From a virus (taxonomy: Duplodnaviria; Caudoviricetes), in IMG/VR virus record IMGVR_UViG_3300032225_001322, positions 64,001 through 128,000 of that record: a stretch of DNA of 64,000 nucleotides, one strand, 5' to 3'. Under the pieces are notes generated by a model, which worked only from the letters and a program-made list of their open reading frames with translations, did not search any database and had not been told where the DNA came from. This document shows positions 27,926-38,400 of the stretch, in pieces (positions within the stretch are counted from its first letter, which is position 1; each line of letters opens with the position of its first letter). The translations under genes were made by a program, and so were the position numbers.

Positions 27926-29295
27926 TTGATGTCCTTGAGTACTTCTTTTAATTCTGTGTATGCTTCTTTCCAAATTTCTGGAGTTACTTGTCTAATCAAT
28001 CTTAAATTGTCACCATACCAACAAGCTGTTGGTTTGCCTTCTGCCCAAGTATAGTATTCCATAATTGGCACTAAAATAATAGTTTTCTTGCCCATGGCAC
28101 AAGCGGCATGTGCTACTGATGTACAACTTGTCACGATTAAGTCTAGATTATACATGATTCCCAACAAGTCGTCAAACGATTTAAGTTCCAAACTGAGGTC
28201 TTTAACTCGCGGGCTTTGTTTTAACTGTTCCATGCCCACATCACGCTGTATAGAGTATAAGGACCACCCATTGTCTTTTGGCATGGCATTAATCATGCTT
28301 TGTAAATTGAGTGTGCGATGTAATTCGTGGTCATATCTAGCGTTGCCTGCCCAGCGTAACCCTACTTTGTAATCGCCGGTTATAGTATTTTTATGTTTTT
28401 CGATATATTCTGGTTTGGCTTCTAAGTAAGGGCCAGTCCATAATTGATCGGCGTCAAGATCCAAAGTCTTTGGCAAATCCATCATAGGAGTCCAATAGTC
28501 ATAATCTCGTTTATTATATTCTTTGGTATTGATCATTTTGGTAAAACCAAGATGGCTATAAACACTGGTAATGCCATGTACTGACATAATAGAACAAGTC
28601 ATACCCATGGCTAATATGTTTTTAACAAATCTAACATTGATAATCTCGTCACCAATGCCGCCTTCTGCTACAAATAATAAATGCTTACCTGGGCGCGGTT
28701 TGCCATCCCATTCTGGCAGTCCATCTGTAACTTTGGAATATGAACCAAATACTTTTAATTTACGACCAATGGAAAGATGTTCCATACCTGCTTTAAAATC
28801 ACCTTGAGCTATATAGTGTACACCCATATTGAACAAGATAGAATCGGCCATGGTACCATCATACTTCCATAGATCTTTTTCTATGTTTTTTAATATTTCA
28901 TAGGATTCATCTTTCCTATTACAAGCAAATAATGCTGCTGAAAGGTCCAACATACCTTCGGCACCCATGTCTACATTGTTAGACATAAACTTAAATGCCG
29001 CCACTGCTTTAGTTGGTTTGTTTGCTGATAGATATACTTTAGCCAAGTTAGCAGATACTGCTAATTTTTCCTCAATAGACTTGGCCTGTTCCAATGCTTG
29101 CTCGCCGTATTCTATAGATTTAAGGAATTTTTTGGCTTTGTTATATCCAAAACAGTATAAATCGTTGCCCAACAAATCGTTTGGTACTACTTTATGTTTT
29201 TCAAAAGTTTCCAATAAAGTAACTATCTCGTCTAATAAATCAACACGGGCGAAGATTTCTATAGTTTGTTTTACAGCATCGTGATCGGTCATCAT
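27922..29295 (-). CDS. TPR-containing GT-B (GT9-like) glycosyltransferase
   Basis: Helical TPR-like N-terminus; WDG, EGGIGDEI..RF, PMMDLP, VGLRWAGN, LDLIVTSCTSVAHAACAMGK, WY..LRLIRQ. Confidence 0.8.
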   Translation of the reverse strand: MMTDHDAVKQTIEIFARVDLLDEIVTLLETFEKHKVVPNDLLGNDLYCFGYNKAKKFLKSIEYGEQALEQAKSIEEKLAVSANLAKVYLSANKPTKAVAAFKFMSNNVDMGAEGMLDLSAALFACNRKDESYEILKNIEKDLWKYDGTMADSILFNMGVHYIAQGDFKAGMEHLSIGRKLKVFGSYSKVTDGLPEWDGKPRPGKHLLFVAEGGIGDEIINVRFVKNILAMGMTCSIMSVHGITSVYSHLGFTKMINTKEYNKRDYDYWTPMMDLPKTLDLDADQLWTGPYLEAKPEYIEKHKNTITGDYKVGLRWAGNARYDHELHRTLNLQSMINAMPKDNGWSLYSIQRDVGMEQLKQSPRVKDLSLELKSFDDLLGIMYNLDLIVTSCTSVAHAACAMGKKTIILVPIMEYYTWAEGKPTACWYGDNLRLIRQVTPEIWKEAYTELKEVLKDIK

Positions 29296-30074
29296 AGTTC
29301 GTTTAATATTTCTTGTATTTTTGAATCAACTCTTTCGTTTGGAATACAAACAAAATCTTGATGCGTAATATATATTGTATAATCCATTGACTCTATAAAT
29401 TCTTTTAAATCATTTCCACCATTTACTTGCTTGGTATATTCTACAAATAAGAAAGGGCGATGCTTGTTAATGGTAGCAACAGCGCCTTTTAACACATGCA
29501 TTTCCATACCTTCAACATCTACTTTGACAAATACAATATTATCTATATTTTTAAAATATTCATCAATAATAATCTGGGGTACTCGATCACCGTTGCCAAA
29601 ATCTAATTCTTGTCCTACATCGCCTTCAAACTCGCCAGTCAATCCAACACTACCAAAACTGGAAGGTTGATAATAATTTAACTTGGGAATTGTAATGGGT
29701 TGAGTTGTATCGCCTACTGCTAGTCGTTCTACCCGAGCATTATCAATATTGTTTAACGCATAGTTGGCGCAATTTAAATAAAAGGTTTGTTCCTGTGGTT
29801 CAAATGCGTAGACAAAACCGCCAAATTGTTCTACATGTTTTGCTGCTTGGATGGCAAACACACCAATATTCGAACCTACATCTATAACAACAGGATTGGC
29901 AATATTAGTAAAATATCTTGATACAATATAAGCAGGAACCATACAGTCGATTCCTTTGTCTAAAATAAATTGCCCCACTCCAAAATTATTTTCTGGATTA
30001 TAATCAAACCTGTTAACCAACATGGTACCGCATTCAGCAGAAACCAGTACATTTCTGCGGGGTTTTCCTATCAT
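29292..30074 (-). CDS. FkbM-family methyltransferase
   Basis: VIDVGSNIG, YAFEPQ, KVDVEGME.VLKGA. Confidence 0.9.
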   Translation of the reverse strand: MIGKPRRNVLVSAECGTMLVNRFDYNPENNFGVGQFILDKGIDCMVPAYIVSRYFTNIANPVVIDVGSNIGVFAIQAAKHVEQFGGFVYAFEPQEQTFYLNCANYALNNIDNARVERLAVGDTTQPITIPKLNYYQPSSFGSVGLTGEFEGDVGQELDFGNGDRVPQIIIDEYFKNIDNIVFVKVDVEGMEMHVLKGAVATINKHRPFLFVEYTKQVNGGNDLKEFIESMDYTIYITHQDFVCIPNERVDSKIQEILNEL

Positions 30075-30643
30075 TTAATGACTTTCCACAAAAATCTTAC
30101 TTCCACTATCATGTTATTTCGTTCGCGAATCATCATTTGAAATTCTTTTTCTTCCGGTGATCCAGGTTTTATTTTTTGAACAATTGGTTGATATGCGGCA
30201 TCAATATTAAACGCATAATCAGTAATTTTAAAATCTACACCATAATAATAACCTAACTGCGAACTATGATCCCCAATAGTATCGCAATGACGATTATATT
30301 CTTTACTAAACAAAGTCATACCATCGATAGTAATCGGTCGCTTATGGGTAGGGTCATTTAAAAATACATCGTGTCTGTGATGCGGGACTAACACTTCAAT
30401 TTCAGTTCCAGATTTGCACACACGATACAATTCTTTCAAGCAATGGAAAAAATCTGGATCTCCTAAATGTTCTAATACATGATGTGCTTTAACTTCAGTG
30501 ACCGAATCATCGGCCCAGGGCCAAACGTCACGACCAATATCTAACACATAGTCTGGACTGAAATTGTCATCATAATCGACATTTAAAAACCCATCAAATT
30601 TAGATGGGCCGCTACCAATGTTTAATTTAATATCCGTTGACAT
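30071..30643 (-). CDS. Class I SAM-dependent methyltransferase-like protein
   Basis: LNIGSG, NVD, HVLEHL, ELYRVCK.G, DPTH. Confidence 0.8.
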   Translation of the reverse strand: MSTDIKLNIGSGPSKFDGFLNVDYDDNFSPDYVLDIGRDVWPWADDSVTEVKAHHVLEHLGDPDFFHCLKELYRVCKSGTEIEVLVPHHRHDVFLNDPTHKRPITIDGMTLFSKEYNRHCDTIGDHSSQLGYYYGVDFKITDYAFNIDAAYQPIVQKIKPGSPEEKEFQMMIRERNNMIVEVRFLWKVIK

Positions 30644-30649
30644 CAGCGG

Positions 30650-31429
30650 TTACTTAAGGTGTTTCCAGAAATCCATTTGCTCAAGATGATTAAACAAATC
30701 CATAGGTAATATTGTCTGGCGTTCTTTAAACTGTACCTTCTGACGGACATGATGTAAACCATTGATGTTCATGTCAGCGTCAAACTCGTCATAGTCGCCT
30801 TGGACATTTTCAAAGTCATGTTCATACCATGGCTCGCCGACGAATTCATAAATTTTCTTCATAACCAATTTAGGATTCTTAGCAAGTTGGTCGTATTGTA
30901 CGACCATGATGTTTTCTTTATTTGGTCCGAACATAGCTTGTTTGACACCGTCGTAGGCAAAGCCGACAAACGCACTTGGGTCTGTTAAATATTTGGCGCG
31001 ACTGTAAACACTCACGCCAGCACCTTGCGGAAACATGTTAGGTACATCATAAGGATTCTTGGCAAACAATGTTTCAAAGCTGTCGATGATCCAAGGAATG
31101 CTACGAATACATACAATAGTTTTAGCTTTAGGATACAAATCAGCCAGTAATGGTGTTAAGTATGTCCAACCGCGATTAGTATCAAATACTGTTGGCGAAC
31201 TATCTTTGTAATAGGTGTCAGTAACAGAGTGGATTAACTCTTTGCGTTTTTCTTTAGGACATTGAAACCGATATCCGCCTTGTGACTGCGACTCTTCGAT
31301 AATAGCTCTATAAAAACGAGCCAATGGTCCCGAGATTGAACTATTAAATTTTGGATTCTGTTTTAGAATTGACGATAATAGTGTTGTGCCCGCACGTGGT
31401 AGGCCAGAGATGAAATGAATATTTTCCAT
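30650..31429 (-). CDS. PAPS-dependent sulfotransferase (Sulfotransfer_3-like)
   Basis: 5'-PSB loop SGLPRAGTTLL; 3'-PB region IVCIR...IIDS; YDQL..NP...IYEF. Confidence 0.88.
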   Translation of the reverse strand: MENIHFISGLPRAGTTLLSSILKQNPKFNSSISGPLARFYRAIIEESQSQGGYRFQCPKEKRKELIHSVTDTYYKDSSPTVFDTNRGWTYLTPLLADLYPKAKTIVCIRSIPWIIDSFETLFAKNPYDVPNMFPQGAGVSVYSRAKYLTDPSAFVGFAYDGVKQAMFGPNKENIMVVQYDQLAKNPKLVMKKIYEFVGEPWYEHDFENVQGDYDEFDADMNINGLHHVRQKVQFKERQTILPMDLFNHLEQMDFWKHLK

Positions 31430-31457
31430 GATAATTTTTCCGTTTTAATACTGCTAA

Positions 31458-32108
31458 TTAGATTGTACTTGGTTCTTGGGGGATTGTCAAGTCTTGCGTG
31501 GGTTTTAAGAAGAAAAACTGGAGCAGTCTAGCCGTTTGTTGACTGTCACCAAACACATCATTGTATGAATGGAACACCCAAGGGCGGAACAATACCAATT
31601 CATTGGTTTTTAATTCAATGCGGCTAGTTTCTTCCCATTTATCTTCCCAATTATTATTTTCAAAGGACATGAAAGCTTCGATGTGTTCGTAGGAATATAA
31701 TTTTTCTTTGGATAACTCTTCTGGATCCATGGGAACATGATCCCATCCAGTGCGTTTGTGTTTGTAAAATTTTAAATAATGCGGATTCTCGGATTTGTTT
31801 AGAGATACAATACCAACCCATTGTGTGTTAGGTTCTGGGTATTGGATACATACTGATCTAGCCGGCAGTTCATCCGCTTGATTGCTAATAAATGTTCCAG
31901 ATCCAGGTACAAATTCAAAAGCTGAAATATCTTCTGGTACTCCAATGATGTTTTGAATATGTCTCAGCATGTCATCATTGGCAAAAGGCATTGGGCAAAT
32001 TTTACCTTGTAACATATTTTCATTTTTTACAAAGTCAAGATTCACAAAAAGTGTCTTCATTTGCTCGGGGTCGTTGTAAAACCCGCTGTCAATAATAAGT
32101 TGTTTCAT
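31458..32108 (-). CDS. DUF6445 / 2OG-Fe(II) oxygenase-like protein
   Basis: FYNDP, FYKHKRTG, NELVLFRP..FHS and RLLQFFF pattern; HxD not evident. Confidence 0.55.
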   Translation of the reverse strand: MKQLIIDSGFYNDPEQMKTLFVNLDFVKNENMLQGKICPMPFANDDMLRHIQNIIGVPEDISAFEFVPGSGTFISNQADELPARSVCIQYPEPNTQWVGIVSLNKSENPHYLKFYKHKRTGWDHVPMDPEELSKEKLYSYEHIEAFMSFENNNWEDKWEETSRIELKTNELVLFRPWVFHSYNDVFGDSQQTARLLQFFFLKPTQDLTIPQEPSTI

Positions 32109-32124
32109 TAATCACCTGTCTAAA

Positions 32125-35100
32125 TTAAAGAATTTGCTGTGCCAAAATCTGACGGGCACCTGTAGCAAAGTTCCAATTATTTAGTGACCCAACTTGGGTG
32201 AGTATAGAAATGTTAGTAGTAGAGTTATTGCCTTGTTGTCCTTGGGCATTATAGCCACACATCCATAGGGTGCCATTATTTTGTATGGCTGCCATCTGCA
32301 GTGCGCCGGCGCCAATCTGTACCCAAGTGCTGGCTGTGCCTATTTGTACGGGACTTGATACGCCTACTGTAGTGTTAAGGCCTAATTGTCCTTGGCTATT
32401 TAACCCCCATGCCCACAATGTTCCATTACTTTGTATGGCATAACTTGAATATCCGCCAGCAGCAATCTGTTTCCAAAGAGTTAGTGCACCTATTTGTACT
32501 GGGCTAGAATAACCATTAATATTACTAGTACCTAACTGTCCGTAGACATTATATCCCCATGCCCATAAACTACCATTGCTTTGTAATGCTAAGGCGCTGG
32601 CAGATGTGGAGTTAACAGAAATCCGTGTCCACGTACTTAACGCACCTACTTGCACTGGACTGGAGAAATTAGTAGTATTATTTTGACCCAACTGTCCTTG
32701 AGCATTATATCCCCATGCCCATAGCGTGCCATTATTTTGTAAAGCATAACTAGAAAAATTGCCGCCTGCTGTTTGTGTCCAAGTAGCTAATGCTCCAATT
32801 TGTACTGGAGTCGAAGCACCGACACTAGTACTGGAAGTATTGTTGCCTAACTGACCATAGCCATTGTATCCACAACTCCATAAATTACCAGGGCTTTGTA
32901 CTGCTAACCAATGAGAGTTACCAGCGGCCAATTGAGTCCAGTTACTTATTGAATATAATGTTGTTGACCCTACTAACTGAATCGGGCTACTAGTGTTATT
33001 TATACCACTGGTTCCTGTTGTTCCCACTAAAAATAATGTGCCAGTACTATTAGTGGCAGGCGATGCAATAATAGCACTAGCAAAACATTTGTATCCGTCG
33101 GCTACAGAAGTTCTTACATAATAACTTTGAGTGCCCACCTGCACAGGACTAGAATATTGTATTGTGCTAGTATTAAGGCCTAGTACTCCATTAGTATTAT
33201 TGCCCCAGGCCCACAATGTTCCATTGCTTTGTACAGCCAGTGTACTCAGTTGACCAGAATCTACTTGGGTCCAATAATTTAACGCACCTACTTGTACTGG
33301 ACTTGATCGATTTGTTAAATCATTAAGACCCAATTGTCCATAACTATTATTACCCCAGGACCATAGCGTGCCTGGAGTTTGCAAAGCAAAAGTCGAACCG
33401 TAACCGCAAACAATTTGTGACCAAGTGGTCAATGCGCCCACTTGGGTTGGGCTTGAACGAGCAACGGTGTTTCCGAGTCCCAGCTGACCACTACCATTGA
33501 ACCCCCAAGCCCATAGTGTGCCATTACTTTGTAGGGCCATGGTAAATCCTGCCCCAGATGCAATTTGTTTCCAAACTGATCCGCCGGGCATCAATATTGG
33601 AGATAAAACAGTATTTCCTGAATTGGTGTTTAATCCCAATTGGCCATTACTATCAGCTCCCCAAACATATAATGCGCCGTTATCTTGTATGCCAAAACTA
33701 GAAAAATTGCCAGCTGCTATCTGTGTCCAATTGCTTGATGTACCTATCTGTGTCGGGCTACTTCTATCGGTCGAATTGCTCTGTCCTAATTGACCAAAAG
33801 CATTGTTACCCCATGCCCATAGCGTGCCAGGACTTTGGATAGCTAAAACATAAGGATATGTTGTGCCTGTTGCTAGAGAAGTCCAGGTATTTGATGTGCC
33901 CACTTGTGCTGGGCTATTAGTGCTTGTTGTGGTAGTGTTAAGGCCCAATTGGCCAAAGGTGTTGGAGCCCCATGCCCATAGTGTGCCATCATTTTGTATG
34001 CCTAACCAAGAAATGCCATTGACAGGTTGGTTAAACGCAGGAATAATTATCTGCCTCCACCCTTGATAAATGGGAAATGGTACTTGTACTGGACTGGAAG
34101 TATTATTAGTGCCACTAGTATTAACACCCAACTGGCCATATGAATTGCTGCCCCACGACCACAATGTGCCTGGACTTTGTATGCCTAATGAGAAATAATT
34201 ATATCCGCAAGATATTTGTGTAAACAATGTAGGTATGACCGCTACTTGAACTGGACTGGAGCGATTGGTTGTGTCGCTGAGTCCTAAATTACCATAAAAA
34301 TTAGAGCCCCATGAATATAGCGTACCGAGAGTTTGCAATGCTACTGTCCAAGATGCCCCGCAAGCGACTCGAGTCCAGGAGGCAGCCACTTGAACTGGAC
34401 TGGAACGATCAGTTGTGTCACCGAGCCCCAATTGGCCAGATGAATTTTGTCCCCATGCCCATAATGCTCCATTGGTTGTTACAGAAGTTGTGTAATAATT
34501 ACCGCAGGCAAGTTGATTCCATATACTTAATGCGCCCACTTGTACTGGACTAGAATAATTTGTTGCAGTGTTGAGTCCCAGTTGCCCTTGGCCATTATAT
34601 CCCCAAGACCATAATGTGCCATTGCTTTGTATGGCTACTGAGTGATAAGCGCCGCAAGCAATTTGTGTCCATGAGTTCAATGCGCCCACTTGTACCGGAC
34701 TGCTTCTAATGGTTGTGTTGCTGAGGCCTAATTGTCCAAAGACGGCCTGCCCCCAAGACCATAGTGTGCCAGGTGTTTGTATAGCAAGGGTAAAGCTATA
34801 TCCGCAAGCGACTCGAGTCCACAAGCTCAATGCGCCCACTTGAACTGGACTGGAACGATCAGTTGTGTTGCTAAGTCCTAACTGTCCTACATTATTTTGC
34901 CCCCAAGACCATAATGTGCCATTGCTTTGTACAGCAAGGGTAAATTGTTTACCGCAAGCAACTTGAGTCCACAAGCTCAATGCCCCCACTTGTACTGGAC
35001 TGGAATAAAGTGTTGTAGTGTTAAGTCCCAGTTGGCCGTATCCATCCGTGCCCCATGCCCATAGTGTGCCTGGACTTTGTATAGCTGTTGTAAAATCTAA

Positions 35101-35448
35101 TCCGCAGGCAACTTGGGTCCAATAACTCAATGCACCAACTTGTACAGGACTTGACCTATTGGTTCTATCGCCAAGTCCCAATTGACCAAGCGCATTATTA
35201 CCCCATGTCCATAAGGTGCCATTTAAACGAAGCGCAGCAGATTGGCCACCGCCGGCAGAACTGGTAGACCAATATACGGCTGTAGTATCTGGTCCAACTT
35301 GAACTGGACTACTATAATTAGTAGTATTACCTTGACCTAGTTGACCAATACTATTATTGCCCCAGGCATATAATGTGTTGTTGTTGGAAAAGCCAGCTGT
35401 ATTAAAATATCTATTGGCAAGCAGTTGATTGGTTACATTAAAGGTCAT
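32125..35448 (-). CDS. RCC1-repeat beta-propeller protein (about 21 repeats)
   Basis: About 51-aa repeat A(I/L)QSNGTLW(A/S/T)WGxNxxGQLG...SSPVQVG. Confidence 0.92.
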   Translation of the reverse strand: MTFNVTNQLLANRYFNTAGFSNNNTLYAWGNNSIGQLGQGNTTNYSSPVQVGPDTTAVYWSTSSAGGGQSAALRLNGTLWTWGNNALGQLGLGDRTNRSSPVQVGALSYWTQVACGLDFTTAIQSPGTLWAWGTDGYGQLGLNTTTLYSSPVQVGALSLWTQVACGKQFTLAVQSNGTLWSWGQNNVGQLGLSNTTDRSSPVQVGALSLWTRVACGYSFTLAIQTPGTLWSWGQAVFGQLGLSNTTIRSSPVQVGALNSWTQIACGAYHSVAIQSNGTLWSWGYNGQGQLGLNTATNYSSPVQVGALSIWNQLACGNYYTTSVTTNGALWAWGQNSSGQLGLGDTTDRSSPVQVAASWTRVACGASWTVALQTLGTLYSWGSNFYGNLGLSDTTNRSSPVQVAVIPTLFTQISCGYNYFSLGIQSPGTLWSWGSNSYGQLGVNTSGTNNTSSPVQVPFPIYQGWRQIIIPAFNQPVNGISWLGIQNDGTLWAWGSNTFGQLGLNTTTTSTNSPAQVGTSNTWTSLATGTTYPYVLAIQSPGTLWAWGNNAFGQLGQSNSTDRSSPTQIGTSSNWTQIAAGNFSSFGIQDNGALYVWGADSNGQLGLNTNSGNTVLSPILMPGGSVWKQIASGAGFTMALQSNGTLWAWGFNGSGQLGLGNTVARSSPTQVGALTTWSQIVCGYGSTFALQTPGTLWSWGNNSYGQLGLNDLTNRSSPVQVGALNYWTQVDSGQLSTLAVQSNGTLWAWGNNTNGVLGLNTSTIQYSSPVQVGTQSYYVRTSVADGYKCFASAIIASPATNSTGTLFLVGTTGTSGINNTSSPIQLVGSTTLYSISNWTQLAAGNSHWLAVQSPGNLWSCGYNGYGQLGNNTSSTSVGASTPVQIGALATWTQTAGGNFSSYALQNNGTLWAWGYNAQGQLGQNNTTNFSSPVQVGALSTWTRISVNSTSASALALQSNGSLWAWGYNVYGQLGTSNINGYSSPVQIGALTLWKQIAAGGYSSYAIQSNGTLWAWGLNSQGQLGLNTTVGVSSPVQIGTASTWVQIGAGALQMAAIQNNGTLWMCGYNAQGQQGNNSTTNISILTQVGSLNNWNFATGARQILAQQIL

Positions 35449-38400
35449 TGTATTTCTGCCAAGGTAGTAAAGTTCATAGCATATACTGTCATATACTTAC
35501 TTAGTGTTCCCACTTGTACAGGTGTTGATGTGTTTGTAAAATTACCTTGGCCCAGTTGACCATAACTGTTTGTTCCCCATGTCCATAGTGTGCCATTACT
35601 TTGTAGTGCCGCAGTATGACTATACCCGCAGGCTACACGACTCCAGTTTGTGCCTAGGCCTACTTGTACCAAACTACTTCGATGAGTTAAATCGCCGAGA
35701 CCCAATTGGCCATAGGAATTATTGCCCCAGGCATATAATACTCCTGTGTTTTGTACAGCCATGGCATAATTTAATCCGCAACACACTTGTGACCAATTTG
35801 ATTGTGTGGAGATCTGTAAAGGAGAAACTGTAGCTAGATAACCTAATTGACCAGAGCTGTTTTGTCCCCAGGTAGACCATACACTAGTACTTTGTAATCC
35901 TGATGAAAAGAAATAACCTCCTGCAGATTGAACCCAATTACTAGCAGTACCTACTTGTACCGGACTGGCACTATCACTTGTATTACCTCGACCCAACTGC
36001 CCAGTGTTATTATACCCCATCATATATAGTACGCCATTTTGTATAGCTGAACTGGTATAGACACTGGCAGAAATTGATGTCCATCCAGACAATGCGCCAA
36101 CTTGTACAGGACTAGAACGATTTGTTGTATCACCTAGACCTAATGCTCCAACTGTGTCCTGACCCCATGACCATAATGTGCCATTACTTTGTATTGCCAA
36201 AGCGTAAAAATATCCTCCGTAGACTTGAGTCCAGGTGCTTAATGTACCTACTTGTACTGGACTGCTTCTATTTGTAACATCAGATAGACCTAATGCGCCA
36301 GATTGTCCTGACCCCCAAGCCCATAATGTTCCATTGCTTTGTATAGCATAACTATTAAAAAACCCAGCAGAAATTTTAGCCCAACTAGTTAGTGCCCCAA
36401 TTTGTATTGGACTAGAAACAGAAGTTGTACTGTTATTTCCTAATTGAAATTGACCATTAGACCCCCATGCCCATAGTGTACCGTTGCTTTGTAATGCTAA
36501 CATGTGCCGGGTTCCCACAGATACCCGAGTCCAAATACTCAATGCTCCTATTTGTACAGGACTAGAATATTGTAGTGTATTGTTTTGTGCTAGTTGGCCA
36601 TAAGCATCATCTCCCCAAGCCCATAGTGTACCGGGGCTTTGTATAGCAGCAGCGGTCCGATTTCCGCAAGCGACTTGAGTCCATGTATTTCTTGAACCTA
36701 TCTGATTAGGGCTTGATACCGCTAACAATGATGTTGGATTGTTGCCCAATTGGCCATAACTATTTTCCCCAAAACTCCATATAGTACCATTGCTTTGTAA
36801 ACCAAGACAAAAAGCATAACCACATGCTATCTGTTTCCAAGTATTCATGTATGTGGCACTTGGTACTAACTGATTACCAGTCGAAAGAGAAAAATTAGTA
36901 GTCTGCCCGAAACTATTATTTCCCCAAGACCATAGTGTGCCATTGCTTTGTACATAGACACCAAACTGATCACCCACGCTTGCTGATTTTACGGGTGTGC
37001 TTAGTGTAGGATCCAACGGCACTGGGTTTGCGATAATCGCGCATGAAGCTAGAGTATCTGTGGTATCAAAAATATAATAATTAGAATTTAATATTCTATT
37101 TGAATTGCCACCCCATACATATAAATTGTTATTAGAATTTATTGCCGCACCCCAGAAACTATTCTGCGAACCTGCGGGAAATCCAGTCCATACACCCACG
37201 GTGCCTATTTGTGTAGCTGAACTTCTATATGATGTTGTATTATACCCAAGTTGGCCAAAACTATTCAATCCCCATGTCCACAATGTGCCATTGCTTTGTA
37301 CAGCAAGGGTGTAGTTATATCCGCAAGAAACTCTTGACCAGTTACTGGCTGTGCCTACTTGTACTGGTGATAATACATTTGAGCTTGCTGAATTATTGCC
37401 CAATTGCCCATAACTATTTGTTCCCCAGGCCCATAGTGTGCCAGGTGTTTGTATAGCTGCAGTGTGCGAGTATCCGCAAGCAACTTGAGTCCATAAACTT
37501 AGTGCGCCCACTTGTACTGGCGATGAATAAGATGTGGTGGTAGTATTAAGTCCTAACTGGCCATTGAGATTGAGACCCCAAGTCCATAATGTGCCAGGAC
37601 TTTGTATGCCGGCTGCCTGACCAATTTGCCCCCCAGCTGAAATTTGTGTCCAATAATTTAATGCTCCTACTTGTACTGCGCCTAATACACTAGATAGTGT
37701 TGTGGTGTTTAAACCTAACTGACCAATACTATTATTGCCCCAGGCCCATAGTGTTCCAGGACTTTGAATAGCATAATTGGAATAATAACTTGACGCTATT
37801 TTAGTCGCGGTAACAGTCGGTAATGCGCCGCCAATTTGTAGTGGACTACTTGCGCTCGGCACCGATGTGGAGTTTTGTCCCAGTTGACCAAATAGATTTC
37901 TACCCCAAGCATATAATTGATTGCTAGATGACGCCCATGACCATTGGGTAATATATCCTGTAGTAGGTAACGCCCAATTTCCTAAACTTCCAACTTGTAC
38001 TGGACTTGAAAAATTACTTAATGTTGTAGTATTATTTCCTAATTGACCATAACTATTTGAACCCCAAGTCCATAATGTGCCATTGCTTTGAACAGCTAGA
38101 GCATTATAATATCCGCAAAAAACATTAGTCCATGTACTCAATGTTCCTACTTGTACAGGACTAGAATAACTTGTTGAAGTGTTAAGTCCTAATTGCCCGT
38201 ATCCATCATTACCCCATGCCCACAATGTACCATTGCTTTGTACAGCCATTGAAAATCCGTATAAATTACCTGGCGCCGAGGCGCATGAAATTTGAGTCCA
38301 TACACTCAATGTGCCCACTTGTACTGGACTAGATATTCTAGTTGTACTAGTATTAACACCTAATTGCCCAGTTACATTATAACCACACATCCATAAGGTA

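Noticed and set aside
23946-32108. DNA hypermodification cluster
   Set aside because: Not excluded but disfavoured: the enzymes are coupled to late structural genes, include TPR/protein-type GTs, and no base-modifying enzymes are adjacent
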